From positions 142 through 64,141 of the forward strand of contig JBBTLZ010000041.1 of assembly GCA_038068435.1 (NCBI GenBank): a DNA stretch of 64,000 nucleotides, written 5' to 3'. A program made the position numbers and the translations under genes. This stretch comes from Candidatus Eiseniibacteriota bacterium (GTDB lineage: Bacteria; Eisenbacteria; RBG-16-71-46). Shown piece after piece: positions 1 to 8,775 of the stretch; position 1 is the first letter of the stretch, and the number at the start of each line of letters is the position of its first letter. The notes beneath the pieces were generated by a model. That model was not told the origin of the DNA. It ran no database searches and saw nothing but the letters and a program-made list of their open reading frames with translations.

Positions 1-40
1 CGTCGATGGCCGCGCCGGCAACGGACCCGCGGGGCAGCGC

Positions 41-361
41 GTGGCTGGCGACCGGGACATGGCCTCCTACCGCCGGTCGCGAGCGCGGCGCGAGGCGACG
101 CGGGCGGCGCGCGAAGCGTTTGCGTTGGAGAGAGAGCTTGGCGCGTGGGTCCGTCGCGCCGAGGTTGCGCGCGACTGGCGCGCGATTGCGCAGCGGACGA
201 GGGACGCAATCCTGCTCACGCCGTGCCGCCTGTCGGCCAGCCTCCACGGGGCGGACGCCCGCGTCATTGAGGCGACGTTCATGCACGCGCTTCGCGAGGC
301 GCTGACAAGTCTCGCGGACGGCAAGGATGTCTTGAAGGATGTCTTGGAGGAGGCGACATGA
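41..361 (+). CDS. Hypothetical protein (106 aa) of the island
   Basis: ORF track. Its stop overlaps the next start, and a GGAGG RBS for the following gene lies in its 3' end. Confidence 0.35.
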   Translation: MAGDRDMASYRRSRARREATRAAREAFALERELGAWVRRAEVARDWRAIAQRTRDAILLTPCRLSASLHGADARVIEATFMHALREALTSLADGKDVLKDVLEEAT

Positions 362-570
362 CTCCATCACAGATGGCCGCGGCGAGGGTGTCCGACCAGA
401 TCGTGCACGTCCTTGCGGCGGATTACGGCGTGACGCTAACCGGCCCAGCCGTGGAGCGCGTCCGGGAGCTGATTGCCGTCGAGTTTGCGGGCGCACTCGC
501 GCCGCCTGGCGAGGGCTCGAGAGTTTACGGCGCAGCCTACCGGCGCGGACTTCGGCCCGACCCCGAATGA
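358..570 (+). CDS. Hypothetical small protein (70 aa)
   Basis: ATG preceded by GGAGGAGG. Coupled to the upstream ORF (ATGA overlap). Confidence 0.35.
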   Translation: MTPSQMAAARVSDQIVHVLAADYGVTLTGPAVERVRELIAVEFAGALAPPGEGSRVYGAAYRRGLRPDPE

Positions 571-602
571 CAGCGCCGCACGCGCGGCGCAAAGGAGGAC
601 AA

Positions 603-1202
603 ATGATGCTCAGGCCGAAAACGCTCCAGGAAATCGAGGACGCGCACGCCCACGACACGAGCCGCGAACCGTTCGCGCCACCCGTGCGTGACGCATACGG
701 CACGCGCGTGGGCGTGGTGCTCGACCCGGCGCACTTTCCGCCGGAGGCGGCGCCGCCCGAAGGCGGAGAAGTCCCGGTGAAAGTGTTGACGGCATTCTGC
801 CTCGGCACCGACCCCACGGGCAAGACCACGGACGGTTGGCCTGGCCAAGTCTTGATGATGGAGGCAGTCCGCGCCCGCCGCCTCGCCCGCCTCGGATTCT
901 GCGAACTCATCGTGGATCGCGTGGCCGAAGCCGTGGCGAGAAAGGCCGCCGTGGCCGCGCGGATCGAAGCGGCGCAAGCGGCCGCGAACCCAGCGCCGCC
1001 GCCGCCACCACCGGCGCCGGTGGCCGAGCCCGGCCCAGAAGTCGAGACGCTGACCGTGCGCACGAGGAAAGCCTTTTGCCTCGGCGCCGGCCACGACGTT
1101 GAGGCCGGCGTGGTCATGCGGATGAGTGTCGAGGACGCCATCCGCCGGGTGAGCAGCGGTCTTGTGGAGATTGTCGAAGGGCCGGAGCCGGGGCCCGCGT
1201 GA
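603..1202 (+). CDS. Hypothetical protein (199 aa) with an internal duplication
   Basis: A strong RBS AAAGGAGGA lies 6 nt before ATG 603, inside the 287-aa track ORF 339..1202. Two related half-domains (..LTAFCLGTDP..GQVLMMEAVRARRLARLGFCELI / ..RKAFCLGAGHD..GVVMRMSVEDAIRRVSSGLVEIV) are separated by a poly-Pro/Ala linker. Confidence 0.5.
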   Translation: MMLRPKTLQEIEDAHAHDTSREPFAPPVRDAYGTRVGVVLDPAHFPPEAAPPEGGEVPVKVLTAFCLGTDPTGKTTDGWPGQVLMMEAVRARRLARLGFCELIVDRVAEAVARKAAVAARIEAAQAAANPAPPPPPPAPVAEPGPEVETLTVRTRKAFCLGAGHDVEAGVVMRMSVEDAIRRVSSGLVEIVEGPEPGPA

Positions 1203-1762
1203 GCGATATCTTGCGCGTCGCCATCCACGAAAGCGGTCATTGCGCCGGCGCGCTCGCGATGGGCGAACGGGTGGCGCTTGTCACGATCGTGCCCTCGGCC
1301 GGCATGCTCGGCCACGTGCTTCCCGCCGCGCTGCCGCCGGGCGTGCGGGTGGCAGGGCCGGCCGTGGAGCTGACGGCGCTGGAGCGCGGGCGGTGCGTGG
1401 CGGGCGCGGCATTCGTTTCGGCCTGTGGCGAGGCGGCCGAGCAGATGATATTCGGCGACGCGCTGCTGGGGCACGGCGACCGCCACGACGTGGCGGACGA
1501 CGCGGCGGACGTGCTGGACTTGCTCAAGATCGAGCCCGGCGTGTGGGCGCGTGCACTACACGAGGCGGCCGAGCGTTTCGTGCACGACGCCCACGAGCAG
1601 ATCGAGGTCCTAGCGGTTGGGCTCGTGCGCGAGCGCACCGTGACGGGCGCACGCGCGCTGGAGATCGTCGGCGGCCGACCGCCCGCGCCGGACTTGCGGG
1701 CGGTCCACGGCGCGATCGAGTTTTTCGCGGCGCGCCGTGCGCGTGCGCGGGCCGCGACGTGA
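1199..1762 (+). CDS. HExxH metallopeptidase-like protein (187 aa; motif VAIHESGHCAG, FtsH/ImmA-like)
   Basis: GTG start overlapping the upstream stop (GTGA). HEsGH zinc-binding-type motif near the N-terminus. Confidence 0.5.
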   Translation: MSDILRVAIHESGHCAGALAMGERVALVTIVPSAGMLGHVLPAALPPGVRVAGPAVELTALERGRCVAGAAFVSACGEAAEQMIFGDALLGHGDRHDVADDAADVLDLLKIEPGVWARALHEAAERFVHDAHEQIEVLAVGLVRERTVTGARALEIVGGRPPAPDLRAVHGAIEFFAARRARARAAT

Positions 1763-1972
1763 TCGAAAACCGGAGGGCGCGGCCGAGGGGCGCACGCCCC
1801 ACGACTCCAGCACCGTGCAACCCGGTGCGGGCCCACGCTGGCGGCGGTTGCGATGCGCGCCGTCAGCACCCTCCCCCATTGTGGCGGGAAACGCGCGGGC
1901 AACCGACTCGCGCGTGCAGACGTGGGGACATGTCGCCCGCCGATTACTTCAACTCTACGTGGGGGGTGACGC

Positions 1973-2641
1973 ATGAACATCGAAGTTTCGATTGACGCCG
2001 CAAAGGCCCTGCTGCGGCTGAGGCGGGGCGCCAACAGGATGGGCTATGCGGCCGTGACCGCGATCAACAAAACGGTACTCGCCGTGCAAGCAGCCGAAAG
2101 AGAGCGCGCCGCCCGCGTGTTCACGCTCCGCAAAAGCGACTTCATCCTGCGCCAGGTCGCGATCGTCAGGCCCTTTGCCAGCGTGGCCGCGGGGCGTTTC
2201 GAGGCCCGCGTCAGCGTGGGCCAGAAGCCGCGCTTGCTGCTGGGGCAGTATGAGACGGGCTTCACGCGCCAGCCGTTCAAGGGCAAAAACGTCGCGGTCC
2301 CCGTGCTGGGGGGCGCCCGGCCCACGCGCGAGGCGGCGGTCCCGGCCGAGCTGCGCTTCACGGCCCTACAGTTGCGCCGCCCAGTCACCGGCCGCCGTGC
2401 CCCGCGCAAGGCAGGCCCCGGCACCCCTCTGCGCCGCGGGTTGTTGCGCACGTTCATGGTGCCCGGCGCGGTGCTCCAGCGCGTGGGCAGGGGCGCCACG
2501 CGTGTCCTTTACGTTCTCGCGCGGCCCTTCCGCGTCGCCCCGCGGTTGGAGTTCTACCGCACTGCGCGGCGCGTGATCGCACGCGACTTTGCGCGCAACC
2601 TCAAGCGGCAGATCGACGAGACATTTGGGCGGCACGCATGA
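1973..2641 (+). CDS. Hypothetical phage-like protein (222 aa)
   Basis: ATG with an upstream G-rich RBS. Follows a 210-nt non-coding gap. Arg-rich C-terminus. Confidence 0.5.
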   Translation: MNIEVSIDAAKALLRLRRGANRMGYAAVTAINKTVLAVQAAERERAARVFTLRKSDFILRQVAIVRPFASVAAGRFEARVSVGQKPRLLLGQYETGFTRQPFKGKNVAVPVLGGARPTREAAVPAELRFTALQLRRPVTGRRAPRKAGPGTPLRRGLLRTFMVPGAVLQRVGRGATRVLYVLARPFRVAPRLEFYRTARRVIARDFARNLKRQIDETFGRHA

Positions 2642-2958
2642 CTCGGACCGTGCACCGCTGGGCGACACCGCTGGGCCGGTGGGTCGCCGACTACGGCGCC
2701 GGGCGCCTTGCGCACGACGTTGGCCTGGCCGTGCACGGCACACCGCTTGCGCCGGTCTGCATCTACCAATGGCTCGCCGGTACGCACGAGCCGCGGCCCG
2801 CGCACGCGCGGCAGATCGTCCGACTTTCGCGCGGCGCCGTGTCGTTCAGCGATGTTTACAGCGTCCGCGCGGCCGTCGCCGCGAAAATGGTCGCCACAGA
2901 TCGGCCAGGACGGGCGATCCCGGCCACGCGCGACCCAGGACACGTGGGCAAACCGTGA
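2638..2958 (+). CDS. Putative DNA-binding protein (106 aa, HTH-like)
   Basis: ATGA overlap with the upstream ORF. The segment LAHDVGLAVHGTPLAPVCIYQWLAG resembles an HTH recognition unit. Confidence 0.4.
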   Translation: MTRTVHRWATPLGRWVADYGAGRLAHDVGLAVHGTPLAPVCIYQWLAGTHEPRPAHARQIVRLSRGAVSFSDVYSVRAAVAAKMVATDRPGRAIPATRDPGHVGKP

Positions 2959-3119
2959 GCCCGCGTGACCGCCGACTCGGCAGCAAGCGCGAGCTGGAGC
3001 AGCGCGCACGTGAGCAGCAGGCCCGCCGGGCCGCACGCCGCGCAGCCCGTCGAGAGCGCCGCGAGCGCCGCGAGAACAAAGCGGCGGGTGCGGCCGGGGA
3101 GCCCGCCCATGCCTGAGCC
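2952..3119 (+). CDS. Small highly basic Arg/Glu-rich protein (about 55 aa). Speculatively Xis- or coiled-coil-like.
   Basis: GTG start inside the stop region of the upstream ORF. Translation is ..RAREQQARRAARRAARRERRERREN.. Part of track ORF 2589..3116. Confidence 0.25.
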
Positions 3120-3270
3120 CGTGGTCCGGCCCGCGCTCGGCACCAGCCCGGCCGACGTGGCGGCATGCCCGCGCGAGGCGCTGCCCGGCCTGCTGGCTGA
3201 ACTCGCTGCGCTTCAAACGGCCGTGGCGGCGGCTGAGAAAGCCCTTGAACTCGCGGCCGTGACCGGCTAG
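3110..3270 (+). CDS. Small hypothetical protein (about 53 aa)
   Basis: ATG overlapping the upstream TGA (ATGCCTGA). The in-frame C-terminal part of track ORF 2965..3270. Confidence 0.25.
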
Positions 3271-3281
3271 CTTTCTGCGCC

Positions 3282-3491
3282 ATGAAAGCCAAGCGCGCGG
3301 GGAAGCCAAAGCCCACCGGACGGCCACCACGGACGGACCGGCCGTGCGCGGTACACGTCCGGCTCCCCGGCGCGCTGCGGACCTGGCTGCGGCGCCGCGG
3401 GGCGGCTGAGGGGCGACCCGAGGGCGACGTGATCGCGACAGCATTGGAACGGTATCGGCAACAGGTCTCGCAGCGCAGGAGGGCAGGATGA
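3282..3491 (+). CDS. Putative ribbon-helix-helix (CopG/Arc-like) DNA-binding protein (69 aa)
   Basis: N-terminal basic tail, then VHVRLPGALRTWLRRRG...VIATALERY. This matches the RHH beta-strand plus two-helix pattern. Confidence 0.4.
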   Translation: MKAKRAGKPKPTGRPPRTDRPCAVHVRLPGALRTWLRRRGAAEGRPEGDVIATALERYRQQVSQRRRAG

Positions 3492-3904
3492 CCACGCATG
3501 AGGCGGCTGACCTGATTGAGCAGATGGCGAAGTCCCTGGAGGACGACCCGGCGCAGTTTCACATCGAGTTAGCAATCACCGGCACGCAGGTCAGCGTGCA
3601 CGGCGGGGGCACGGGTCTCAATGTTCAGACTACGGGAGGCGGGGCCGGGTCGAGGACGACGGGCTTCTCCAGCGTCGCATCGACCGGCGACGTGCGGATC
3701 ACCCAGGGCAAAGCCGACAGGGAGTTTCGTGCGCGCCTCCAAGAGGTCGTCGGGACGCTGCGGCAGATTGCGGCCGAACTCCGGGCCACGGCGCCTGACG
3801 GGAAGAAGATCGGCGGGTGGGTTCGCGGGCTTGCCGAATGGGTCCCGCTCGTCATCAGAACGCTGGTGCAGACGCTGACTGCCCAGCATGGGGGTGCGCA
3901 ATGA
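3488..3904 (+). CDS. Hypothetical protein (138 aa), Gly/Thr-rich middle
   Basis: ATGA overlap with the upstream ORF. ORF track. Confidence 0.45.
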   Translation: MTTHEAADLIEQMAKSLEDDPAQFHIELAITGTQVSVHGGGTGLNVQTTGGGAGSRTTGFSSVASTGDVRITQGKADREFRARLQEVVGTLRQIAAELRATAPDGKKIGGWVRGLAEWVPLVIRTLVQTLTAQHGGAQ

Positions 3905-3963
3905 AAGCACGCGGCACGGGCAGTATCTATCGCGGGCGCGCGCATCCGTAGGGGGAGGAAGCC

Positions 3964-4218
3964 ATGAGATTGCGAAGGCTCATGGAAGCGTTCATGCGCG
4001 GATACCGCAAGGCTCCGCCGCCGAAGCCGACACCGGAAAAGGAAGCGATGTCCGAGCGCGAAAAGGACCCGCTCTATGCCCCCCAGGTGGACGACATGGA
4101 CGCCTGGGACAATATCGGGTGCCTCTTCCAGTGGCTCTTCTTTGCAGCTCTGATGGCAGCCCTGGTGCTGATTCTGCTCGCTGTCGTCAAGTGGGCGTGG
4201 GGGACGTTGTTCTCCTAG
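3964..4218 (+). CDS. Small membrane protein (84 aa). It has a C-terminal TM helix and lower GC than its surroundings.
   Basis: RBS GGGGGAGGAAGCC before the ATG. C-terminus LFQWLFFAALMAALVLILLAVVKWAW is a TM segment. Visibly AT-richer codons. Confidence 0.45.
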   Translation: MRLRRLMEAFMRGYRKAPPPKPTPEKEAMSEREKDPLYAPQVDDMDAWDNIGCLFQWLFFAALMAALVLILLAVVKWAWGTLFS

Positions 4219-4255
4219 GCATGGTGGCCGTATCTCGGCCCGTAAGGAGGAAACC

Positions 4256-5458
4256 GTGACGGAGGAACGCAAGGCAGACCCGAAGGCGGAGAGCAAGAAA
4301 CCGGCACGCCGCGGGTTGGGCAGCGCGTACCGGCAGAAGCGCGTCATCGACGGGGAGCGGGTCGAGTGCGGCCCGTGGTGGGTCAAGTTCTACCACCGCG
4401 GCAAGGCGCATCGGGAATCGTCGCACTCGATGAAGGAAGCGGACGCGGTGCGGTTGCTCAAGAGGCGGTTAGGCGAGATGGGGGCCGGGAGGTTCGTGCC
4501 CGACGCCGACAAGGTCGCGTTCGATGACCTGGCAGCAATGATCGTGGCGGACTACGAGGCCAACGGGCGCCGGTCACTGCCCGGGCTCAAGAACTCCATC
4601 GAGCACTTGCGCGCAGCCTTCGGCGGGATGGCCGCCGTCGCGATCACCACGGACCGCCTGACGCGCTACGTGCGTGACCGCCAGAAGGAGAAGCCGCCCG
4701 CCGCGAACGCGACCGTCCGCAAGGAGCTGATGGCGCTGCACCGCGCGTTCACGCTCGCGGTCCGCGCCGGCCGGCTGATGCACGCCCCTGCGTTTCCCAC
4801 CATCAGCGTGTCCAACGTGCGGCAGGGCTTTTTCGAGGACGGGGAGCTTGAGGCCGTGCTCGCGCACCTCGCGCCGCAGTACACGGCCGTGGTCCTGTTC
4901 CTGGCCTGGACCGGCTGGCGCAGGGGCGAAGCCCTGGGGTTGCGGTGGCGCGACGTGGACTTCAAGGCGGGCACCGCGAGGCTGGAGCCGGGCACGACGA
5001 AGAACGACGAGGGGCGGACCTACCCCTTCGCGGCACACCCGGCGCTCGCGGACCTGCTGCGCCGGCAGCGGGAGTCCGCATCGCGCATCGAGCGCGAGCG
5101 TGGGCGCATCGTCAACGCCGTATTCCACGGCCCCGACGGGCGTGCGATCGCGGACTTTCACGACGCCTGGGAGGAGGCTCGCAAGGAGGCCGGGCTTCCC
5201 GGCCGGCTGATTCACGACTTGCGCCGCACGGCTGTGAGGAACCTGGAGCGTGCCGGCGTGTCCCGCTCCGTGGCGATGAAGCTGACGGGCCACAAGACGG
5301 AGAGCGTGTACCGGCGGTATGCGATAGTCTCCGAGGCCGACTTGGGCGAAGGGGTGGGGAAGTTGGCCGCCCTCCACGCGAGTTCGGGCAGCATTCGGGC
5401 AGCATTTCCCCCCGAGGCAGCCCCGAAAGCGGGCAGTGCTGACGGTGGTAACACTTAG
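4256..5458 (+). CDS. int: Tyrosine recombinase / phage-type integrase
   Basis: GTG start 7 nt after AAGGAGG. Catalytic signature residues are present (LRWRDV, IHDLRRTAV, GHKTESVYRRYAIV), giving R..HxxR..Y. Confidence 0.9.
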   Translation: MTEERKADPKAESKKPARRGLGSAYRQKRVIDGERVECGPWWVKFYHRGKAHRESSHSMKEADAVRLLKRRLGEMGAGRFVPDADKVAFDDLAAMIVADYEANGRRSLPGLKNSIEHLRAAFGGMAAVAITTDRLTRYVRDRQKEKPPAANATVRKELMALHRAFTLAVRAGRLMHAPAFPTISVSNVRQGFFEDGELEAVLAHLAPQYTAVVLFLAWTGWRRGEALGLRWRDVDFKAGTARLEPGTTKNDEGRTYPFAAHPALADLLRRQRESASRIERERGRIVNAVFHGPDGRAIADFHDAWEEARKEAGLPGRLIHDLRRTAVRNLERAGVSRSVAMKLTGHKTESVYRRYAIVSEADLGEGVGKLAALHASSGSIRAAFPPEAAPKAGSADGGNT

Positions 5459-5483
5459 GAAGGCAATGAAATGCGTGCGGTGC

Positions 5484-5578
5484 GGGAGCGAATGGGATCT
5501 GGTGGTCCCCGGGGACTTCAAATCCTGCGGTCGGGCGTCAGCGTCCGAGGTGGGTTCGATTCCCACGCGTTCCCGCCA
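5484..5578 (+). tRNA. selC: tRNA-Sec (anticodon UCA), 95 nt, CCA encoded
   Basis: The anticodon arm GGACTTCAAATCC is identical to E. coli selC. Long variable arm TCGGGCG-TCAG-CGTCCGA. T arm GTGGGTTCGATTCCCAC. An 8-position acceptor helix GGGAGCGA/GCGTTCCC, discriminator G, then CCA. Confidence 0.8.
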
Positions 5579-5593
5579 CTTCTGCTCGCGGCG

Positions 5594-6343
5594 GTGGTGG
5601 TCGTGAGCCTGGCGGCTGCGCCGGCCGGCGCGCAGCCGGCGTCCCCGCGGCCGGCTGCGGCGGATACCGCGGCCGGGATCGGCGTGGCCGGGGGCGACAC
5701 CGCCGCGGCGCCGGGCACGGAAGGCGCCGAATCCGGGGCCGGCGTGCGATCGGTGCCATCGGGTATCGCCGCGCGCGCGCCGCGGACACTGCCCGAACGG
5801 GCGCGCCTCGACCAGCCGCGCTGGGTGATGCTGCGCTCGTTGCTCGTCCCCGGCTGGGGCCAGGCGCACAACCACGCCTGGATCAAGGCCGCGCTGCTGG
5901 CCGCGGGCGACGGCTCGCTGCGCTGGCGGCTCGTGCGCGACGAGCGGCGGCTGAACGATCTGAGCGGGCAGGCGGTCGGCCGGCGCGCGGACCTCGCGGT
6001 CGCCGAGGTGCAGGTGGCGGCGGCGCAGGCCGAGCTCACCGCGGCGCAGGCGTCGGGCGATTCGGTGCGCATCGCGGCCGCCGAGGCGGCGCTGCTGGCG
6101 GCGAACCTGGGGCGGATCGGCGCCTCGGAGGCGTTCAACGACGTGGTCGGGGCGTTCAACACCCTGCTCGACGCCTCGACCAACCGGCGATGGCTCGCGG
6201 GGGGCGTGGTGATCTACGCCCTTCTGGACGCCTACGTCGACGCCCACTTCCGTACCTTCGACGTCGATTTCCGGTTCGACCCGGCGCTGCCCGGGGGTGG
6301 CAAGACCCCCGGCGTGCGCCTCCAGCTCAGGTGGCGGTTTTGA
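5594..6343 (+). CDS. Hypothetical secreted protein with a Pro/Ala-rich N-terminal region and C-terminal ...LQLRWRF
   Basis: Track ORF 5471..6343 overlaps the tRNA. The start is therefore probably one of the GTGs at 5594-5603 or further downstream, and is uncertain. Confidence 0.35.
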   Translation: MVVVSLAAAPAGAQPASPRPAAADTAAGIGVAGGDTAAAPGTEGAESGAGVRSVPSGIAARAPRTLPERARLDQPRWVMLRSLLVPGWGQAHNHAWIKAALLAAGDGSLRWRLVRDERRLNDLSGQAVGRRADLAVAEVQVAAAQAELTAAQASGDSVRIAAAEAALLAANLGRIGASEAFNDVVGAFNTLLDASTNRRWLAGGVVIYALLDAYVDAHFRTFDVDFRFDPALPGGGKTPGVRLQLRWRF

Positions 6344-8148
6344 GCGACCCCCGCCTTGGCCACATCCGCAACTTCTGCATCGTGGCGCACATCGACCACG
6401 GCAAGAGCACGCTCGCCGACCGGCTGCTCGAGATCACGCACACCCTGACCCCGCAGCAGATGAAGGCGCAGGTGCTGGACGACATGGACCTCGAGCGCGA
6501 GAAGGGCATCACCATCAAGTCGCACGCGATCGCGATGGACTACCGGGCGCGTGACGGCCGGACCTACCAGCTCAACCTGATCGACACGCCGGGCCACGTG
6601 GACTTCACCTACGAGGTCTCGCGCAGCCTCGCGGCCTGCGAGGGAGCGGTGCTGGTCGTGGATGCCTCGCAGGGGATCGAGGCCCAGACGCTCTCCAACT
6701 ATCTGCTCGCCCGCCAGCAGGGGCTGGCGGTGGTCGGGGCCATCAACAAGGTCGACCTGCCTGTGGCCCGGCCCGACGACACCGCGCTCGAGATCGAGCA
6801 CGTGACCGGCATCCTGGCGGAGAAGGTGCTGAGGATCAGCGCCAAGACCGGGCTCGGTGTCGAGGATCTGCTGGAACAGGTCATCGCCGACATCCCGGCG
6901 CCGTCGGGAGACCCGGACGCGCCGCTGCGGGCGCTCATCTTCGATTCGAAGTTCGATCAGTACCGCGGCGTGGTCGCCGTGGTACGGGTCGTGGACGGCG
7001 CGGTGAGGCCGGGGGACGCGATCCGCTTCATCTCGACCGGCAAGCGCTACGAGGTGACGGAGGTCGGGCGCCTGCGGCTCAAGCTCGAGCCGCTCGAGGC
7101 GCTGGGCGCCGGCCAGGTGGGCTACGTGGTGGCGGGGGTCAAGACGGTCGCGGAGGCGCGCGTCGGGGACACGCTGGGGGCGGCCGACGCGGCCGACCTC
7201 GAGCCGCTCCACGGGTTCCGCGAGGTCAAGCCGATGGTGTTCTCGGGGCTCTATCCGATCGATTCCGAGCAGTACGACGCGCTCAAGGAGGCGCTCTCGA
7301 AGTTCCAGCTGAACGACGCCTCGCTGATCTACGAGCCCGAGACCTCGGTGGCGCTGGGGTTCGGGTTCCGCTGCGGCTTCCTCGGGCTGCTTCACATGGA
7401 GATCGTGCAGGAGCGCTTGCGGCGCGAGTACCAGATCGATCTCATCGCCACGACGCCGAGCGTCGAGTTCCATCTGCTGCTCGAGAATGGTGAGCTGCTG
7501 GTGGTGGACAACCCGAGCCAGATGCCGCCCGCCAACACGATCGCCACCATCGAGGAGCCGTACGTGCTGGCGCACGTCCTGACGCCCGCCGAGTTCATGG
7601 GCAACATCATGAAGCTGTGCCAGGACCGGCGCGGCGTGTTCGTGAGCCTCGATTATCTGGAGGAGAAGCGGGCGCGGGTCGCCTACCGGCTGCCGCTCGC
7701 GGAGATCGTCCTCGACTTCTACGACCGGCTCAAGTCGGTGTCGCGCGGCTACGCCTCGCTGGACTACGAGTACGACGGCTACCGCGCGGGTGACATGGTG
7801 AAGCTCGACATCCTTCTCAACGCGGAGACGGTGGACGCGCTCTCGACTATCGTCCATCGCGACAAGGCCTACGAGTGGGGGCGCGATCTGTGCGCGAAGC
7901 TCAAGGAGCTGATCCCCCGGCAGATGTTCCAGGTGGCCATCCAGGCCTCCATTGGCAGCAAGGTGATCGCACGCGAGACCCTCGGAGCCATCCGCAAGAA
8001 CGTGACCGCCAAATGCTACGGTGGCGACATCACGCGCAAGCGGAAGCTGCTGGAGAAACAGAAGGAGGGTAAGCGCCGTATGAAGCAGATCGGGACCGTC
8101 GAAGTGCCCCAGGAGGCGTTCCTGGCGGTGCTCAAGGTCGAGCGTTGA
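6340..8148 (+). CDS. lepA: Elongation factor 4 (LepA)
   Basis: [22 protein letters not shown] and the rest of the protein are diagnostic for LepA. A TTG start at about 6340 is chosen by N-terminal alignment; the track ORF extends to 6190. Confidence 0.93.
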   Translation: MSDPRLGHIRNFCIVAHIDHGKSTLADRLLEITHTLTPQQMKAQVLDDMDLEREKGITIKSHAIAMDYRARDGRTYQLNLIDTPGHVDFTYEVSRSLAACEGAVLVVDASQGIEAQTLSNYLLARQQGLAVVGAINKVDLPVARPDDTALEIEHVTGILAEKVLRISAKTGLGVEDLLEQVIADIPAPSGDPDAPLRALIFDSKFDQYRGVVAVVRVVDGAVRPGDAIRFISTGKRYEVTEVGRLRLKLEPLEALGAGQVGYVVAGVKTVAEARVGDTLGAADAADLEPLHGFREVKPMVFSGLYPIDSEQYDALKEALSKFQLNDASLIYEPETSVALGFGFRCGFLGLLHMEIVQERLRREYQIDLIATTPSVEFHLLLENGELLVVDNPSQMPPANTIATIEEPYVLAHVLTPAEFMGNIMKLCQDRRGVFVSLDYLEEKRARVAYRLPLAEIVLDFYDRLKSVSRGYASLDYEYDGYRAGDMVKLDILLNAETVDALSTIVHRDKAYEWGRDLCAKLKELIPRQMFQVAIQASIGSKVIARETLGAIRKNVTAKCYGGDITRKRKLLEKQKEGKRRMKQIGTVEVPQEAFLAVLKVER

Positions 8149-8160
8149 CCGAGGAGACCC

Positions 8161-8775
8161 ATGGCGAGTAAGCCCCGTTCCATCGTCCGCGAGTACGTCG
8201 AAGCGGCACTGTGGGCGCTGATCATCACGCTGTTCCTGCGCGCGTTCGTGATCCAGGCGTTCCGCATCCCCTCCGAATCCATGAAGGACACGCTCCTGGT
8301 CGGCGACTTCCTGTTCGTGAACAAGTTCGAGTACGGCCCGAAGATGCCCTTCACGCACCTCCGCCTGCCGGGCCTGCGGCAGCCGAAGCGCGGCGACGTG
8401 ATCGTGTTCCAGTTCCCGCAGGATCCCAGCAAGGACTTCATCAAGCGCTGTGTCGCCACCGGCGGCGAGACGGTGGAGATCAAGAACAAACAGGTCGCCG
8501 TGAACGGCCGGGCGCTGAACGAGCCCTACACCATCCACACGGACCCGTCGGTCAAGCCCGCCGGCTACGAGTATCGCGACAACTACGGGCCGTACACGGT
8601 GCCGCCGGGCGAGCTCTTCATGATGGGGGACAACCGTGATAACTCGAACGACAGCCGCTACTGGGGCACGCTCGAGATGGACCTGGTGAAGGGGCGGGCG
8701 ATGTTCCTCTACTGGTCGTGGGACGGGGAGCGGAACTGGCCGCGCTGGAACCGCATCCTGCGCATGATCCGGTGA
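8161..8775 (+). CDS. lepB: Signal peptidase I
   Basis: SESMKDTL, GDNRDNSNDSRYWG motifs and an N-terminal TM. Classic lepA-lepB pairing. Confidence 0.9.
   Translation: MASKPRSIVREYVEAALWALIITLFLRAFVIQAFRIPSESMKDTLLVGDFLFVNKFEYGPKMPFTHLRLPGLRQPKRGDVIVFQFPQDPSKDFIKRCVATGGETVEIKNKQVAVNGRALNEPYTIHTDPSVKPAGYEYRDNYGPYTVPPGELFMMGDNRDNSNDSRYWGTLEMDLVKGRAMFLYWSWDGERNWPRWNRILRMIR

Larger units (their letters stand above)
1..5458 (+). mobile_element. Right-hand portion of an integrated element (prophage/satellite/genomic-island-like) ending in a tyrosine integrase next to tRNA-Sec. The left boundary lies outside the window.
   Basis: Eleven short same-strand ORFs with ATGA/GTGA stop-start overlaps and strong RBSs. 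No homology to housekeeping genes. A local GC dip at 3.9-4.25 kb. An integrase gene terminates it, 25 nt before a tRNA gene. Confidence 0.6.

Noticed and set aside
339-602. Upstream part of the 287-aa ORF 339..1202
   Set aside because: It overlaps the better-supported small ORF 358..570 in another frame. A strong RBS plus ATG at 603 gives a cleaner start.
1-5483. Direct-repeat copy of the tRNA-Sec 3' end (att site) inside the island
   Set aside because: Not found by eye, for example no second GGTTCGATTCCCAC. The left att may lie beyond the window, so absence here is not informative.
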